Assembly (NCBI GenBank): GCA_963707025.1
Contig: CAVPOM010000018.1
Location: 672,001-736,000, forward strand
Reading direction: 5' to 3'
Origin: an uncultured Verrucomicrobiae bacterium
GTDB lineage: Bacteria > Verrucomicrobiota > Verrucomicrobiia > Limisphaerales > Palsa-1400
DNA length: 64,000 bases
Position numbers and translations under genes: made by a program. Positions within the stretch are counted from its first letter, which is position 1, and every line of letters starts with the position of its first letter. Below are positions 1 to 9,913 of the stretch, piece after piece. Under the pieces are notes generated by a model. The model was not told the DNA's origin and ran no database searches. It saw only the letters and a program-made list of their open reading frames with translations.

Positions 1-317
1 ACCGGCCAATCAATGGCGCCGAAAACCCGCCGCATGGCTTCTTGGGCCGCCGGATGGGCGCTGAGAGAGCCGAAGATTATCAAATTGACCGGCGTCGTGT
101 CCGAATCCTTCAAGGCGAGCGCCAGGCGGCTGAACATCTCCAGGATGCCTTCGCCGGGGAGCGGTTTGACCGTGAATGAGAATTCCGGGCCGGGGGAAAG
201 ATTGGCGGCAGCGTCGGTTGGTGGACGGACGCTCGATCCAGCCTTGGCGGACGGAGTCAAATACCTCACATGGGCATAGACGCCGGCTTTTTGGGATCGG
301 TTACGAATTGCCCGCAT
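1..317 (-). CDS. Partial CDS running off the window start (hypothetical; possibly RidA/L-PSP-related)
   Basis: Open minus-strand frame from ATG at 317: MRAIRNRSQKAG...PEFSFTVKPLPGEGILEMFSRLALALKD...RRVFGAIDWP. Product assignment is weak. Confidence 0.45.
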   Translation of the reverse strand, partial: MRAIRNRSQKAGVYAHVRYLTPSAKAGSSVRPPTDAAANLSPGPEFSFTVKPLPGEGILEMFSRLALALKDSDTTPVNLIIFGSLSAHPAAQEAMRRVFGAIDWP

Positions 318-518
318 GATTTAAATGCAAAATGTCCTGATTTGGCGCAGTGTCGAGTCTGTGGCTCGAGATCGGCGCACCGCGCCGACACTACAATATC
401 GGCGGGTTGCGCCAACGCTACAGTAATGAAATCAGGCAGGGGGGGGGCATCTTGACACTGCTAGCGGAATCAGGCGCAAGAACGCTGCAGGAGTGCGCCC
501 GTCCTCGGGGAATGGCGC

Positions 519-866
519 TTAAATAAGACCTAAAACTTTCTTACCCAGCCTCTTACGACGCGGGGGATGCGGGATGGTTTCAAACAAGACCTGACGGCTC
601 AAGCGTTGCATGGCTTTGATGGTGGCTTGCACCTCCCGCCACTCGGCAATGGCGTCATGGAGCCACTCATATTGTTCTTTGGAGAGAGCGACACTGACCG
701 TTTTGCCTTTGACCTTGCGGGTCCACTGATAACAAAGGCCGCCTGCTCCGGGGCCGCGGTCTTGCACGTAGCCCTCGCTGATCCAGCCGGTTCTGGCCAG
801 CCGGTCGCGTAATTGGGCGTATTGGGCCTGCCATTGGGCTGGCCGGGTTGTTTTGTGAGTCGGCAT
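519..866 (-). CDS. Small basic IS-associated protein (DUF6788-like)
   Basis: MPTHKTT...CYQWTRKVKGKTVSVALSKEQY resembles IS-associated DUF6788 proteins; stop codon lies inside the left IR. Confidence 0.65.
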   Translation of the reverse strand: MPTHKTTRPAQWQAQYAQLRDRLARTGWISEGYVQDRGPGAGGLCYQWTRKVKGKTVSVALSKEQYEWLHDAIAEWREVQATIKAMQRLSRQVLFETIPHPPRRKRLGKKVLGLI

Positions 867-891
867 AAAGAAAAGAGTAGCAGACGTGTCA

Positions 892-917
892 ATAAGGCGG
901 TATATATACCGCCTTAT
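892..917. promoter_or_regulatory. Perfect 26-bp palindrome between the divergent IS genes
   Basis: ATAAGGCGGTATA|TATACCGCCTTAT, overlapping the transposase ATG at 916. Confidence 0.6.
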
Positions 918-2403
918 GCCCGACACCCCCTTCTTCCCGGCCTGGCGGCCCCGTCTGGCGGCGGCGGGCCGCCGCTGTGCCCACAGCCTGGCGCGCCTCC
1001 GTCACGCCACCTTGAGTCAGATCGAGGACCGCCTGGCTCCCGCCTTGCCCACCGACCTCCTGCGAAAACCGGCCGCCGGCGACTACTCCCGCGAGCAGGT
1101 TTACACTCTGGTTCGCACCTGGTGGTGCTGGGTCTGGCCAGTCTTCCAAGCCAACACTTCCTGCCGCCACGTCGTCCTTCAGGTGCAGGCCCTGCTGGCC
1201 TTGGTCCAAGGCCCGGAACCGGAGCCGGACAGCAGCGCCTATTGCCAGGCCCGCGCCAAACTCCCCCTGGCCTTGCTGGAGCAAGCCTTCGCGGCCAGCG
1301 CCGACAGCGCCGAAAAGCGCGCCCCGGCCAGTACGCTGCTACAGGGCCGCCCGTTGAAAGCGGTCGATGGCAGCGGCACCCACCTGCCCGACACCCCGGC
1401 CAATCGGGCGGCCTTTCCCCCCAGCCAAAGCCTGCAGCCCGGCGGCGGCTTTCCCCACCTGCGCGTGGTGGCTCTGTTCTCCGCCGCCAGCGGCGCCCTT
1501 TTGGCCAAAGCCACCGGCAGCCTGCGCTCCTCCGAACTGGCTCTGTTTCTCCACGGCTTGCGCTCGGCTTTGCACCCCGGCGACATCCTCTTGGGCGACC
1601 GCGCCTATGGGGTTTATATTATCGCCGCCGTCCTCCAACTCCTGGGCGTGGATTTGCTCGCGCGGGTCTCCGTGCGCAACCGCAAGGTGGATTTCCGCCA
1701 GGCCCGCCAACGCCTGGGTCACTGGGACGCGCTCTTTACCTGGTCCAAACCCGGCCGGCCTTCGCCCCTGCTTTCGTTCCTGGAATGGCTCGGACTGCCG
1801 CCGCAGATCACGGTGCGGGTGCTGCGCGCGCGCCTGAGCCGGGCCGGCTTCCGCACCCGCCACCTGACCCTGGTCACGACCCTGTTGGATGCGGCGCTTT
1901 TTCCAGCGGAGGAACTGGCGGCCGCTTATGCCCGGCGCTGGCGCATGGAACTGTGCCTGGACGATCTCAAAACCACCCTGGGCATGCAGAGCCTGCATTG
2001 CCTCTGTCCCCGCATGGTGGAGAAAGAACTCCTGCTCTTCCTCACCGCCCATAATTTCCTGCGCTGGATCATGGCCGAAGCCGCGCAAAGCCAGAACGTG
2101 GACTTGGATCGGATCAGTTTCAAAGGCAGCCTGGACGCCTTCCGGCAATGGACGCAGGCACTGGCACAACTCGGACACGCCCGGAACAAAGGGGGACGGC
2201 GCCGCCAATTATGGCAGCGGCTGCTCCGAAGGCTGGCGACCGATCTGGTGCCCAGGCGTCCGGGAAGAGCGGAGCCGCGCGCTGTCAAGAAACGATCCAA
2301 ATACCCCCATTTGAACAAATCGCGGCATCAATACCGCCAGCCCTGGAGCCGCAATAAACGCCGCCGTCTGGCCCGGGCCAAAAGAAAGGCTTCCCTTATT
2401 TAA
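916..2403 (+). CDS. IS4-family DDE transposase
   Basis: AVDGS, LLGDRAY and YARRWRMELCLDDLK (YREK-type) motifs; C-terminal RPGRAEPRAVKKR; stop inside the right IR. Confidence 0.92.
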   Translation: MPDTPFFPAWRPRLAAAGRRCAHSLARLRHATLSQIEDRLAPALPTDLLRKPAAGDYSREQVYTLVRTWWCWVWPVFQANTSCRHVVLQVQALLALVQGPEPEPDSSAYCQARAKLPLALLEQAFAASADSAEKRAPASTLLQGRPLKAVDGSGTHLPDTPANRAAFPPSQSLQPGGGFPHLRVVALFSAASGALLAKATGSLRSSELALFLHGLRSALHPGDILLGDRAYGVYIIAAVLQLLGVDLLARVSVRNRKVDFRQARQRLGHWDALFTWSKPGRPSPLLSFLEWLGLPPQITVRVLRARLSRAGFRTRHLTLVTTLLDAALFPAEELAAAYARRWRMELCLDDLKTTLGMQSLHCLCPRMVEKELLLFLTAHNFLRWIMAEAAQSQNVDLDRISFKGSLDAFRQWTQALAQLGHARNKGGRRRQLWQRLLRRLATDLVPRRPGRAEPRAVKKRSKYPHLNKSRHQYRQPWSRNKRRRLARAKRKASLI

Positions 2404-2608
2404 GCGCCATTCCCCGTCCTCGGGCGCAGCAGCGCGGGAAACACGGCGCGCCGGTAATCTTCCTGCGCACCCAAAAAATCCCCGGCTTGCTGCGGCCGGG
2501 GACGGCCGCACTCCGGCAGCAACAGTGTCAAGATGCGCTCGGGCCGGGGGAAAGAAAGTTGGTTTGCAGGCTTGATTTATTGGGCCGGACAGGGGAAAAA
2601 GGCTGGCC

Positions 2609-4186
2609 ATGACACCAAATCCATTTCTGGGCGTGTTCCTGCATTGGCTGGGCGGGCTGGCTTCGGGCAGCTTTTATGTGCCATACAAGGGGGTGAAAAA
2701 ATGGTCGTGGGAAACCTACTGGCTGGTGGGCGGGTGCTTCTCGTGGATCATCTGCCCGTGGTTCTTTGCCTATTTCATCACGAGCGATTTGTTCGCAGTG
2801 CTCAAGCAGCAGAGCTTGAGCACGCTGGCGTGGACTTACTTCTTCGGCCTGCTGTGGGGATTCGGGGGACTGACCTACGGATTGACGATGCGGTATTTGG
2901 GGTTGTCGCTGGGCACGGGTGTGGCGCTGGGGTACTGCGCAGCGTTTGGGACGATGGTGCCGCCGATTTGCAAAGCGATCATCCCGAATTTTTTTGTGTT
3001 CGGGAACAGTGCGAGCATTGTTGAAATTGTAAAATCCACTGGCGGATTGGTGACGCTGGCGGGGGTGGCAGTTTGCATGGCGGGCATTGGGATAGCGGCG
3101 CTGGCGGGCTACACGAAGGAATCGGAGATGCCGGAAGAGCAGAAGAAGAAAACGATCAAGGAATTCAGTTTCAAAAAGGGCATATTGGTGGCCACTTTTT
3201 GCGGCATTATGAGCGCCTGCTTTGCCTATGCGTTGCAGGCGGGCAAATCCATCAACGTGGATTCGTTAAAGTCCGGTTACATCAAAGGCGCGGCGGCGGC
3301 GGGAGTTCATGTTGCTGACCAGGGCCAAATCCCGTCCAATGAAAGCGATCAGTTTGCCACCAATTTGAATCTGGTCTCCTTGGGATTAAACGCGACCAAC
3401 AAACTGGATTTTGCGGGCACGATTGAGAAGATCGAAACCAACAGCCGGTTCGCCGGGAACATCGCCGCGGCTTTGGCGGCATCCGGCGATCTTGTTGGAA
3501 AGCGTGTGGCGGCTTACGCTGCAAGTTATGAAAGAATCAGAACCAATGCGTCCGTGGCAAAGACGATCAAAAGCCTCGGCGATTTTTCGGAAAAGGAGGT
3601 CGCCGTCAGCATCGCCACCGCAGGCGGAGATGTGATTTCACTGGAGAAGCGCTACGGTCTTTGGCAAGGGCTGGCCGCGCTGCCCGTGCTGTTGCTTGGC
3701 GGGTTCACCACCAATTTTATCTGGTGCATGTATCTGAATTTCAAGAATCGGACCGGCTATCAATACCTGGCTTCGGAGGTTCGCGAGGAGCATGCGCATC
3801 ACGGTGGCTCCGCCAGCGGCGAACACGCCGCGGCGGAGAAAGCCGCCGCCGCCAGCAGCGGGACGCTGGACTTGAAAATTCCGGTGCTGGGCAATTACCT
3901 GTTTTCCGCGGCAGCGGGGACCTGCTGGTACTTCCAGTTTTTCTTTTACACGATGGGAGCGACGCAAATGGGGGCGAAATACGATTTCGCCTCGTGGTCG
4001 CTGCACATGGCGAGCATCATAATTTTCGCCACGGTATGGGGCTGGATTTTCCACGAATGGAAGGGGTCAAGCAAAAAAGCGCACCTGCTCATCGCCGGCG
4101 GCATCGCCACTTTGGTCCTTTCCACCTTCGTCATAGGAGCAGGGGTCGGCTGGACAAAGTTGCTGGACTTCTTACACACACTTTGA
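2609..4186 (+). CDS. rhaT: L-rhamnose/proton symporter with a large internal insertion
   Basis: GGLASGSFYVPYKGVKKWSWETYWLVGG, LWGFGGLTYGLTMRYLGLSLG, WYFQFFFYTMG, SWSLHMASIIIF. Confidence 0.88.
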   Translation: MTPNPFLGVFLHWLGGLASGSFYVPYKGVKKWSWETYWLVGGCFSWIICPWFFAYFITSDLFAVLKQQSLSTLAWTYFFGLLWGFGGLTYGLTMRYLGLSLGTGVALGYCAAFGTMVPPICKAIIPNFFVFGNSASIVEIVKSTGGLVTLAGVAVCMAGIGIAALAGYTKESEMPEEQKKKTIKEFSFKKGILVATFCGIMSACFAYALQAGKSINVDSLKSGYIKGAAAAGVHVADQGQIPSNESDQFATNLNLVSLGLNATNKLDFAGTIEKIETNSRFAGNIAAALAASGDLVGKRVAAYAASYERIRTNASVAKTIKSLGDFSEKEVAVSIATAGGDVISLEKRYGLWQGLAALPVLLLGGFTTNFIWCMYLNFKNRTGYQYLASEVREEHAHHGGSASGEHAAAEKAAAASSGTLDLKIPVLGNYLFSAAAGTCWYFQFFFYTMGATQMGAKYDFASWSLHMASIIIFATVWGWIFHEWKGSSKKAHLLIAGGIATLVLSTFVIGAGVGWTKLLDFLHTL

Positions 4187-4296
4187 TCCGCGGCGGAGAT
4201 CGCCGGTGGCGGGGGAACCAGCCGGCGAGGGCGCCGACTGGGACACGCGAGGGCGCGTGTGCTCCCCGAAATGGAGGCTGGGCAGGGCGCATTCCG

Positions 4297-4333
4297 GATT
4301 AAGATTAGGATTAGGATTAAGATTAAGATTAGG
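4297..4333 (+). repeat. GATTA(A/G) hexamer tandem tract
   Basis: gattaagattaggattaggattaagattaagattagg; related tracts near 25753, 26636, 37757 (reverse) and 41132 (reverse). Confidence 0.85.
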
Positions 4334-4354
4334 AGAGGGAAAGCGCCGGGCCGG

Positions 4355-5860
4355 TCAGCAGACGCGGATGACTTCCATTTGCAGGAGCTGGCCGAGCTTG
4401 CCGATTTTGTCCGCCAGGCGGCCGGCGCCGACGGCGCAATGATGGGCGGGGCCGTGGTTGCTCCAATCGTTGACAAAGCGGCGCGCGCCCAGGCTGAAAC
4501 GGTAACGGCTGTTGGTGTTGCCGATTTCCAGAATGGGACCGGGCACCGATTCGGCCTCCGCCACGAGAAACTGCAATTTTCCGCCGGCGGCCTGCACGAC
4601 GGAAAGAAGCGTGACCGGGCCGTGCTTGACGGACATTTCCACAGAGAGGCCGCCGCCCGTTTTACCGTGATAGACCTGCAACGGGCGCACCTTGGTTTTG
4701 CCCTGGGCGATGCCGAGGTGGCCCGGTCCGTCGTGGCCCATCAGCACCACATCGTCCTGGAAGTCCAGGGCGTAGAATTCGGTGAAGGAACCGCCCGCCT
4801 GGAAGCTGTCCAGGATTTTCATGGCCTGGACATTCTTGATTTCGTATTCCCCGGCCACGGGGATGCCGCGGGCGGTGAGGAGGGAGTTGCCCAGGATGAT
4901 GGAGCTGATGGCGTCCTGGTTTTCCGGGTTGCCGGCGCCCGAATAATAATAGGCGAGCGAGCCGAGCTGGTGGCGCTGGACCAAACGATCCAGGGCCACG
5001 GAGGTGCGGGCGGCGCGTTCCAGTTCGCGCGGCGGGCAATCGGGCTGCACGGCAAAGACGCGGCGGAACCGCGCCACGCGCGCTTGGCATTGCGCGGCGG
5101 ACACTGCGCGGCGGAGGGCGGCCAGTTCGTCCACTTCGATGTGCTCGACATGGCCGCCGAAGGTGGCGCAATGCTGGGTGATGTCGGAAGCAATATCCAG
5201 CATGCCGCCGTAATAGTGGCCCATCAAGCCCAGGCGGTTGTGAGACATGAGGCGGGCCACGCGGGCGGCTTCGATCCAGGCATCCACCTGCTGCCAACAA
5301 GGCGGATCCTCGCGCAACAGGCCGGTGATCTGGTGGAAGGGGATGCCGCAACGAAGGAAGACGCTGGCGATTTCGGGCATGGGGCAGGCGCCGCAATGGG
5401 CCAGCCATTCGCCGGTCATGGCGGTGCGGCCGGCCATTTTGTTAAACGCCGCGTAGTCAATGGCCGGCGCGGGTTGCAGATTGAGCACAATGACCGGGAC
5501 GCCGGCGCGCCGCACCACCGGCAGGACGGTGGAGGAAAGGGCATAAGTGGTGAGGTGCAGAAAGATGACATCCACATCCTCCTGGCGGAAGCGATGGCCG
5601 GCTGCCATGGCCTTGGGCGGAGAGTCAATGAGGCCCAGGTTGACAATTTCCACCCCGGGCCGGGCCAATTGATCGGCCACAATCTGAACATAACCCTCCA
5701 ACCGCCGTTTTAAACCCTTGAACTGCGGCCAATAACTGTCCAGACCAATGCCGAACAGGCCGGCGCGCAATGGGCGGGAGGAGGATTGCGGATTATTGAT
5801 TGCGGATTGCGGATTGCGGGATGGGAGGGCATGCCCAGGGAGGTATCGGCGGTTGATCAT
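4355..5860 (-). CDS. L-fucose/L-arabinose isomerase family protein
   Basis: GLFGIGLDSYWPQF, AGEYEIKN, GGSFTEFY, MGHDGPGH, GPAHHCAVG. Start uncertain because the N-terminus runs through a GATTGCG repeat. Confidence 0.85.
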   Translation of the reverse strand: MINRRYLPGHALPSRNPQSAINNPQSSSRPLRAGLFGIGLDSYWPQFKGLKRRLEGYVQIVADQLARPGVEIVNLGLIDSPPKAMAAGHRFRQEDVDVIFLHLTTYALSSTVLPVVRRAGVPVIVLNLQPAPAIDYAAFNKMAGRTAMTGEWLAHCGACPMPEIASVFLRCGIPFHQITGLLREDPPCWQQVDAWIEAARVARLMSHNRLGLMGHYYGGMLDIASDITQHCATFGGHVEHIEVDELAALRRAVSAAQCQARVARFRRVFAVQPDCPPRELERAARTSVALDRLVQRHQLGSLAYYYSGAGNPENQDAISSIILGNSLLTARGIPVAGEYEIKNVQAMKILDSFQAGGSFTEFYALDFQDDVVLMGHDGPGHLGIAQGKTKVRPLQVYHGKTGGGLSVEMSVKHGPVTLLSVVQAAGGKLQFLVAEAESVPGPILEIGNTNSRYRFSLGARRFVNDWSNHGPAHHCAVGAGRLADKIGKLGQLLQMEVIRVC

Positions 5861-6447
5861 CTATGCAGTCTTATACTCCAACTTCGAGCGTCGGCGCAAT
5901 AGACGATGAAGAAAGGCCGGCGGGGCGGCAGGCTGGCGGGGGTCAGCGTGAACAAGTTGTGAATAAAATGTGAATAATCTGGTTGAAAGTTCGCGCCCGG
6001 TGTACTTAAATAGCAGCGCAAAGTTTAGGACATGCCGTGTGGCCACGGCAGGCTCAGGAGGGGCCGGATGAGGGGTTGGAAACCACTTCTCCCTGACCCT
6101 CCTGCACAAGTGTGCGGAGGAGAGGGAGAACAGGCGGGAGGTTTCCCTTCATGAGCCAGCCGCGCCCCGGCGGCAATTTATGCCGATTTATCTTGTCAGG
6201 CTTGGTTGGTGGCGTACTATATGAGTTGGAGCACAGCTAAGTTTACCAGGTGTCCGACTGCCATTGGCGATGGCAATCCTTCCCTCTTATTCCCTGCTCG
6301 GGAAAGCCCTGGGCGTCATTTTGGCTGTGGGCCGGTTTGGCTCGGCAAAGCACTGGACAAATTAAGGCAAAGGATTGCCAAAGGATGGCCAGCATGCTGG
6401 CGAGCCGGTCCGTATTTTGTTGTTATTATTATCAACCGCCGAAACCA

Positions 6448-7701
6448 ATGAGCCTGGACAGCACGCAACGCCGGGTTGTGATTACGGGGATGGGTGTCAT
6501 CTCCCCCAGCGGGCAGGATCTTGTCCGTTTTTGGGAAAACGTCCGGGGAGGCGTCAGCGCGGCGGCCACGATCAGCCGGTTCGATGCGAGCAAACTCCCG
6601 GTCAAAGTTGGGGCGGAAGTCAAGGATTTCGACATCGGGCGGTTCACCTCCGCCAAGAAATTTGGGCATTACGAATTGACGGTGCAATTCGGCGTGGCGG
6701 CGGCGTCGCTGGCGGTCAAAGATTCGGGGGTTGATTTTTCCAAGTTGGACCCGGATCGGACCAGCGTGGTGGAGGGAACGACCATCAGCGGGGCGGTCAG
6801 CGTGATCCACCTGCGGGACAGCTACAATTCGAGCCAGCACAATTACCGGGCGCTCCATCCCTACGATGTGGTGGGGGGTTATTGCGGAGAAGGGAGCAGC
6901 ACCATCGGCCTGCTGCTGGGAATCCACGGCAACGCGGTGACGTATTGTTCGGGCTGCGCTTCCGGCAACGACGCCATCGGCTACGCGACCCATCTCATCC
7001 GCTCCGATGACGCGGACGTGGCGGTGGCCGGGGGATCGGAGGAGATGATAGAATTGATGCACATGAGTTTTTGCCGGGTCCGGGCCATGTCGGAGCTGGA
7101 AGGGGATCCGGCGCGGGCCATGCGGCCTTTTGACAAATCGCGCGATGGCTTTGTCCTGGGGGAAGGATCGGCCTTCCTGGTGCTGGAAGAGCTTGCGCAT
7201 GCCATGGGACGCGGGGCGCGGATTTACGCGGAAATTGCCGGGCATGGCCGAAGCTCGGAGGCTTATCACCCGACCGATCCGCATCCGGAAGGTTTGGGCT
7301 ACCGGCGTTCCCTGGAGAAGGCGTTGCGCCAGGCGCGGCTGAACCCGACGGAGGTGGATTACATCAATGCGCACGGCTCGGCCACGCCGCTGAATGATCC
7401 CATAGAAACCATGTCCATCAAACGGGTCTTCAAGGATCATGCCCGGCAGTTGGCCATCAGCGCGACCAAGCCGGTGACGGGTCATCTGATGGGGGCGTCG
7501 GGCGCCATTGAAACGGTGATCAGCGCCTTGACGCTGGCGCACCAGGAGATTGCGCCGACCATCAACCTGGAGGACCCCGACGAGGCTTGCGATCTGGATT
7601 ATGTGCGGGGCGAGGCGCGATCCTATCCGGTGCGGGTGGCGGTCAATCTCAACGCGGGATTTGGCGGACGCTATGCGTGCCTGGTGCTAAAGAGAATGTG
7701 A
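6448..7701 (+). CDS. fabF: Beta-ketoacyl-ACP synthase II (FabF-like)
   Basis: RRVVITGMG; catalytic Cys (SGCASGN), His (NAHGSAT) and His (KPVTGHLMGA); RPFDKSRDGFVLGEG. Confidence 0.85.
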   Translation: MSLDSTQRRVVITGMGVISPSGQDLVRFWENVRGGVSAAATISRFDASKLPVKVGAEVKDFDIGRFTSAKKFGHYELTVQFGVAAASLAVKDSGVDFSKLDPDRTSVVEGTTISGAVSVIHLRDSYNSSQHNYRALHPYDVVGGYCGEGSSTIGLLLGIHGNAVTYCSGCASGNDAIGYATHLIRSDDADVAVAGGSEEMIELMHMSFCRVRAMSELEGDPARAMRPFDKSRDGFVLGEGSAFLVLEELAHAMGRGARIYAEIAGHGRSSEAYHPTDPHPEGLGYRRSLEKALRQARLNPTEVDYINAHGSATPLNDPIETMSIKRVFKDHARQLAISATKPVTGHLMGASGAIETVISALTLAHQEIAPTINLEDPDEACDLDYVRGEARSYPVRVAVNLNAGFGGRYACLVLKRM

Positions 7702-7708
7702 TAAAGCC

Positions 7709-9913
7709 GTGCATTTTCATTTATTTGACGTCATAAGAATTACGGCGCTGCTGGCGACGCTTTTAAACGTCGCGCTGATGTTGTTCGTGCTGGGGCGCGA
7801 TTTCCGCTCGCGGCTGCACCGGGTTTACCTGTTGTGGGGGATTGCGGTGACGCTGTGGAACCTGGGGGTCTATCATCTGAGCGAGCAGACCGACGTGCCG
7901 ACGGCATTTTTCTGGGCCAAGATACTGCAATTGGGCGTGATCTTCATGCCGCTGACGCTGATTCATTTGTGCGCCGTGGTCTCGGGAACCCGGACCGCGC
8001 GGTGGGTTTTGCCCGTTTTGTATCTGATCCACACCGGATTCGCCGTCAGCCTTTATTTCAACTATTTCATAACGGGGGTGCGGTGGGTGAATGAAAGGGG
8101 ATATTGGTCGGTGCCTGGTCCGATTTTCAAATTGGATGGCATCTTCTACGTTATCTTGACCGGCACCGGGCTGGTCATGCTTTATTGGAAACAGAAATCA
8201 TGCCCGCCGACGCAGCGGACGCGGTTGCGCGCGATGCTGCTGGCCATTCTGGGGATGTGGGTTTTTGGGACCAACGATATTATCCCCATCCTGGGCTATG
8301 ACACTTATCCCGGGACGAAAATCCCGTTTTATCCGCTGGGAAGTTTGTCGGCGTTGTTTTATGTGGTGGTGATCGGCTACAGCGTGTTGCAGCACAAGCT
8401 GCTGGACATTCATGTGACGATGAGCCGGTTTGCCGCGCAATTTGTGCGCCTGGGTTTCATGTTCCTGACCGGACTGACTCTCCTGCTGGTGATCGAGCAT
8501 TTCGCGCCGGAGAACAGCTTTACCTCGATCTCCTTTGCCACCGCCATCGTGGTGCTGCTGGCCAGCGCACTGGTGGCGTCGCTCCTTTTCCCGCAGTTTT
8601 TTGGCAAAGGGGCGGACAAACTGGAGCGGCAAATTTTGGGAGACCGCTTCGAGTATCATGCGCGGGTCAACAGCGTGATCGAGACGATCCGCTCGCTGCC
8701 GGAACCGGAACTGGCCCTGCAAGAACTCAACGACCTGCTGGTGACGACCATCCGGGTGCGCAGTTATCAGATCATCCTCCTGGACGAGGCCAGCCGGGGG
8801 TTTGCCCTGCTCCACTGCCATCCGCCGCGGGCCGACCAGGCGCTTTCGGACTGGCAAATTGAATCGCCCGTTTTCCGGTATTTTCAGCAGACGCGGGTGA
8901 AGTATTTGTCGTGCAACCCGGTGTATGAAACGGACAATGAATCCATGCTGCAGCGGGACGCGCGCCAGCAGTTGGGGGCCTTCGAGCCGGAATTTTGCTT
9001 TCCGTTTTTTTCGGGGAGCGATTTGGTGGGATTTATGATGCTGGGAGCCAAAACCAGCGGGGACCTTTTCACGCCGCACGACCTGCGGCTGCTGAGCGAG
9101 CTGTCGGCCAGCCTGGGCATCCTGCTCAATCAAATCCGGCTGCGCCACCAATTGCAGGTGGTCCACGAGCAGGATTTGCTGGGCCGGATGTCGCGCGGGC
9201 TGGCCCACGACCTGAATAATTTGTTGACGCCGGTGCAAACCCTGCTGCAACTGCTGAGGGAATCGGCCCTCAACCAGGCGAGCATTGACGAGCTGCTGCC
9301 GGTCGGCCTGCGCAATCTGGAGACGGTCCGCACCTACGTCAACGAAGCGCTGTTTTTTTCCCGCGCCTCGCAATTGCAGGGGACCCTGGGCCTGCTCAAC
9401 GAGACGGTGCGCGACGCGGTGGCGCTGATCCAACCCGCGGCCGGGGCCAAGGAGGTGGAAATCCTTTTCGACGGGGGCCGGGAGGCGGAGGTGGAAATGG
9501 ATTCGGTCTTGATCAAGCGATTGATCTACAACCTGCTTTCCAACGCGGTGGACGCCTCGCATGCCGGGGGCCGGATTGAGATTCAACTGGCGGCGCTGCC
9601 CAACCGGGAGTCGCGCCGCGAGTGGCACCGGATAAAGATCGTGGACCACGGCGAAGGCATCAGCGCGGAAAACCTGCAGCGGGTTTTCACGCCGTATTTC
9701 ACCACCAAGAACACCGGGGACGGCAAGCGCGGCTTCGGGTTGGGCCTGGCGATTGCGCGCAAAATTGTCCATTTGCACGGCGGCACGCTGAGCATTACCA
9801 GCAAGGTGAAAGAAGGCGCCACCGTTCTGGTGGATTTGCCCAGCAAACTGGAGCCGGCCCAAAACGGCCTGCGGGTGGGGGTGGAGCCGAACGGGGAGGC
9901 CGTCCCGGCATGA
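7709..9913 (+). CDS. Multi-TM (HisKA_7TM-like) GAF sensor histidine kinase
   Basis: Many N-terminal TM segments, GAF-like region, H-box LAHDLNNLL, N-box NLLSNAVD, DHGEGI, GFGLGL. Confidence 0.9.
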   Translation: MHFHLFDVIRITALLATLLNVALMLFVLGRDFRSRLHRVYLLWGIAVTLWNLGVYHLSEQTDVPTAFFWAKILQLGVIFMPLTLIHLCAVVSGTRTARWVLPVLYLIHTGFAVSLYFNYFITGVRWVNERGYWSVPGPIFKLDGIFYVILTGTGLVMLYWKQKSCPPTQRTRLRAMLLAILGMWVFGTNDIIPILGYDTYPGTKIPFYPLGSLSALFYVVVIGYSVLQHKLLDIHVTMSRFAAQFVRLGFMFLTGLTLLLVIEHFAPENSFTSISFATAIVVLLASALVASLLFPQFFGKGADKLERQILGDRFEYHARVNSVIETIRSLPEPELALQELNDLLVTTIRVRSYQIILLDEASRGFALLHCHPPRADQALSDWQIESPVFRYFQQTRVKYLSCNPVYETDNESMLQRDARQQLGAFEPEFCFPFFSGSDLVGFMMLGAKTSGDLFTPHDLRLLSELSASLGILLNQIRLRHQLQVVHEQDLLGRMSRGLAHDLNNLLTPVQTLLQLLRESALNQASIDELLPVGLRNLETVRTYVNEALFFSRASQLQGTLGLLNETVRDAVALIQPAAGAKEVEILFDGGREAEVEMDSVLIKRLIYNLLSNAVDASHAGGRIEIQLAALPNRESRREWHRIKIVDHGEGISAENLQRVFTPYFTTKNTGDGKRGFGLGLAIARKIVHLHGGTLSITSKVKEGATVLVDLPSKLEPAQNGLRVGVEPNGEAVPA

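Larger units (their letters stand above)
510..2412 (+). mobile_element. IS4-family insertion sequence with two divergent ORFs
   Basis: Terminal inverted repeats GAATGGCGCTTAAATAAG (510-527) / CTTATTTAAGCGCCATTC (2395-2412); 12-bp direct repeat CCCGTCCTCGGG at 498-509 and 2413-2424 (ends ambiguous by about 1 bp). Confidence 0.9.

Noticed and set aside
6250..6447. N-terminal extension of FabF in the ORF track (similar extensions at 9622 and 32992)
   Set aside because: Family homology begins at downstream ATGs (6448, 9910, 33253).
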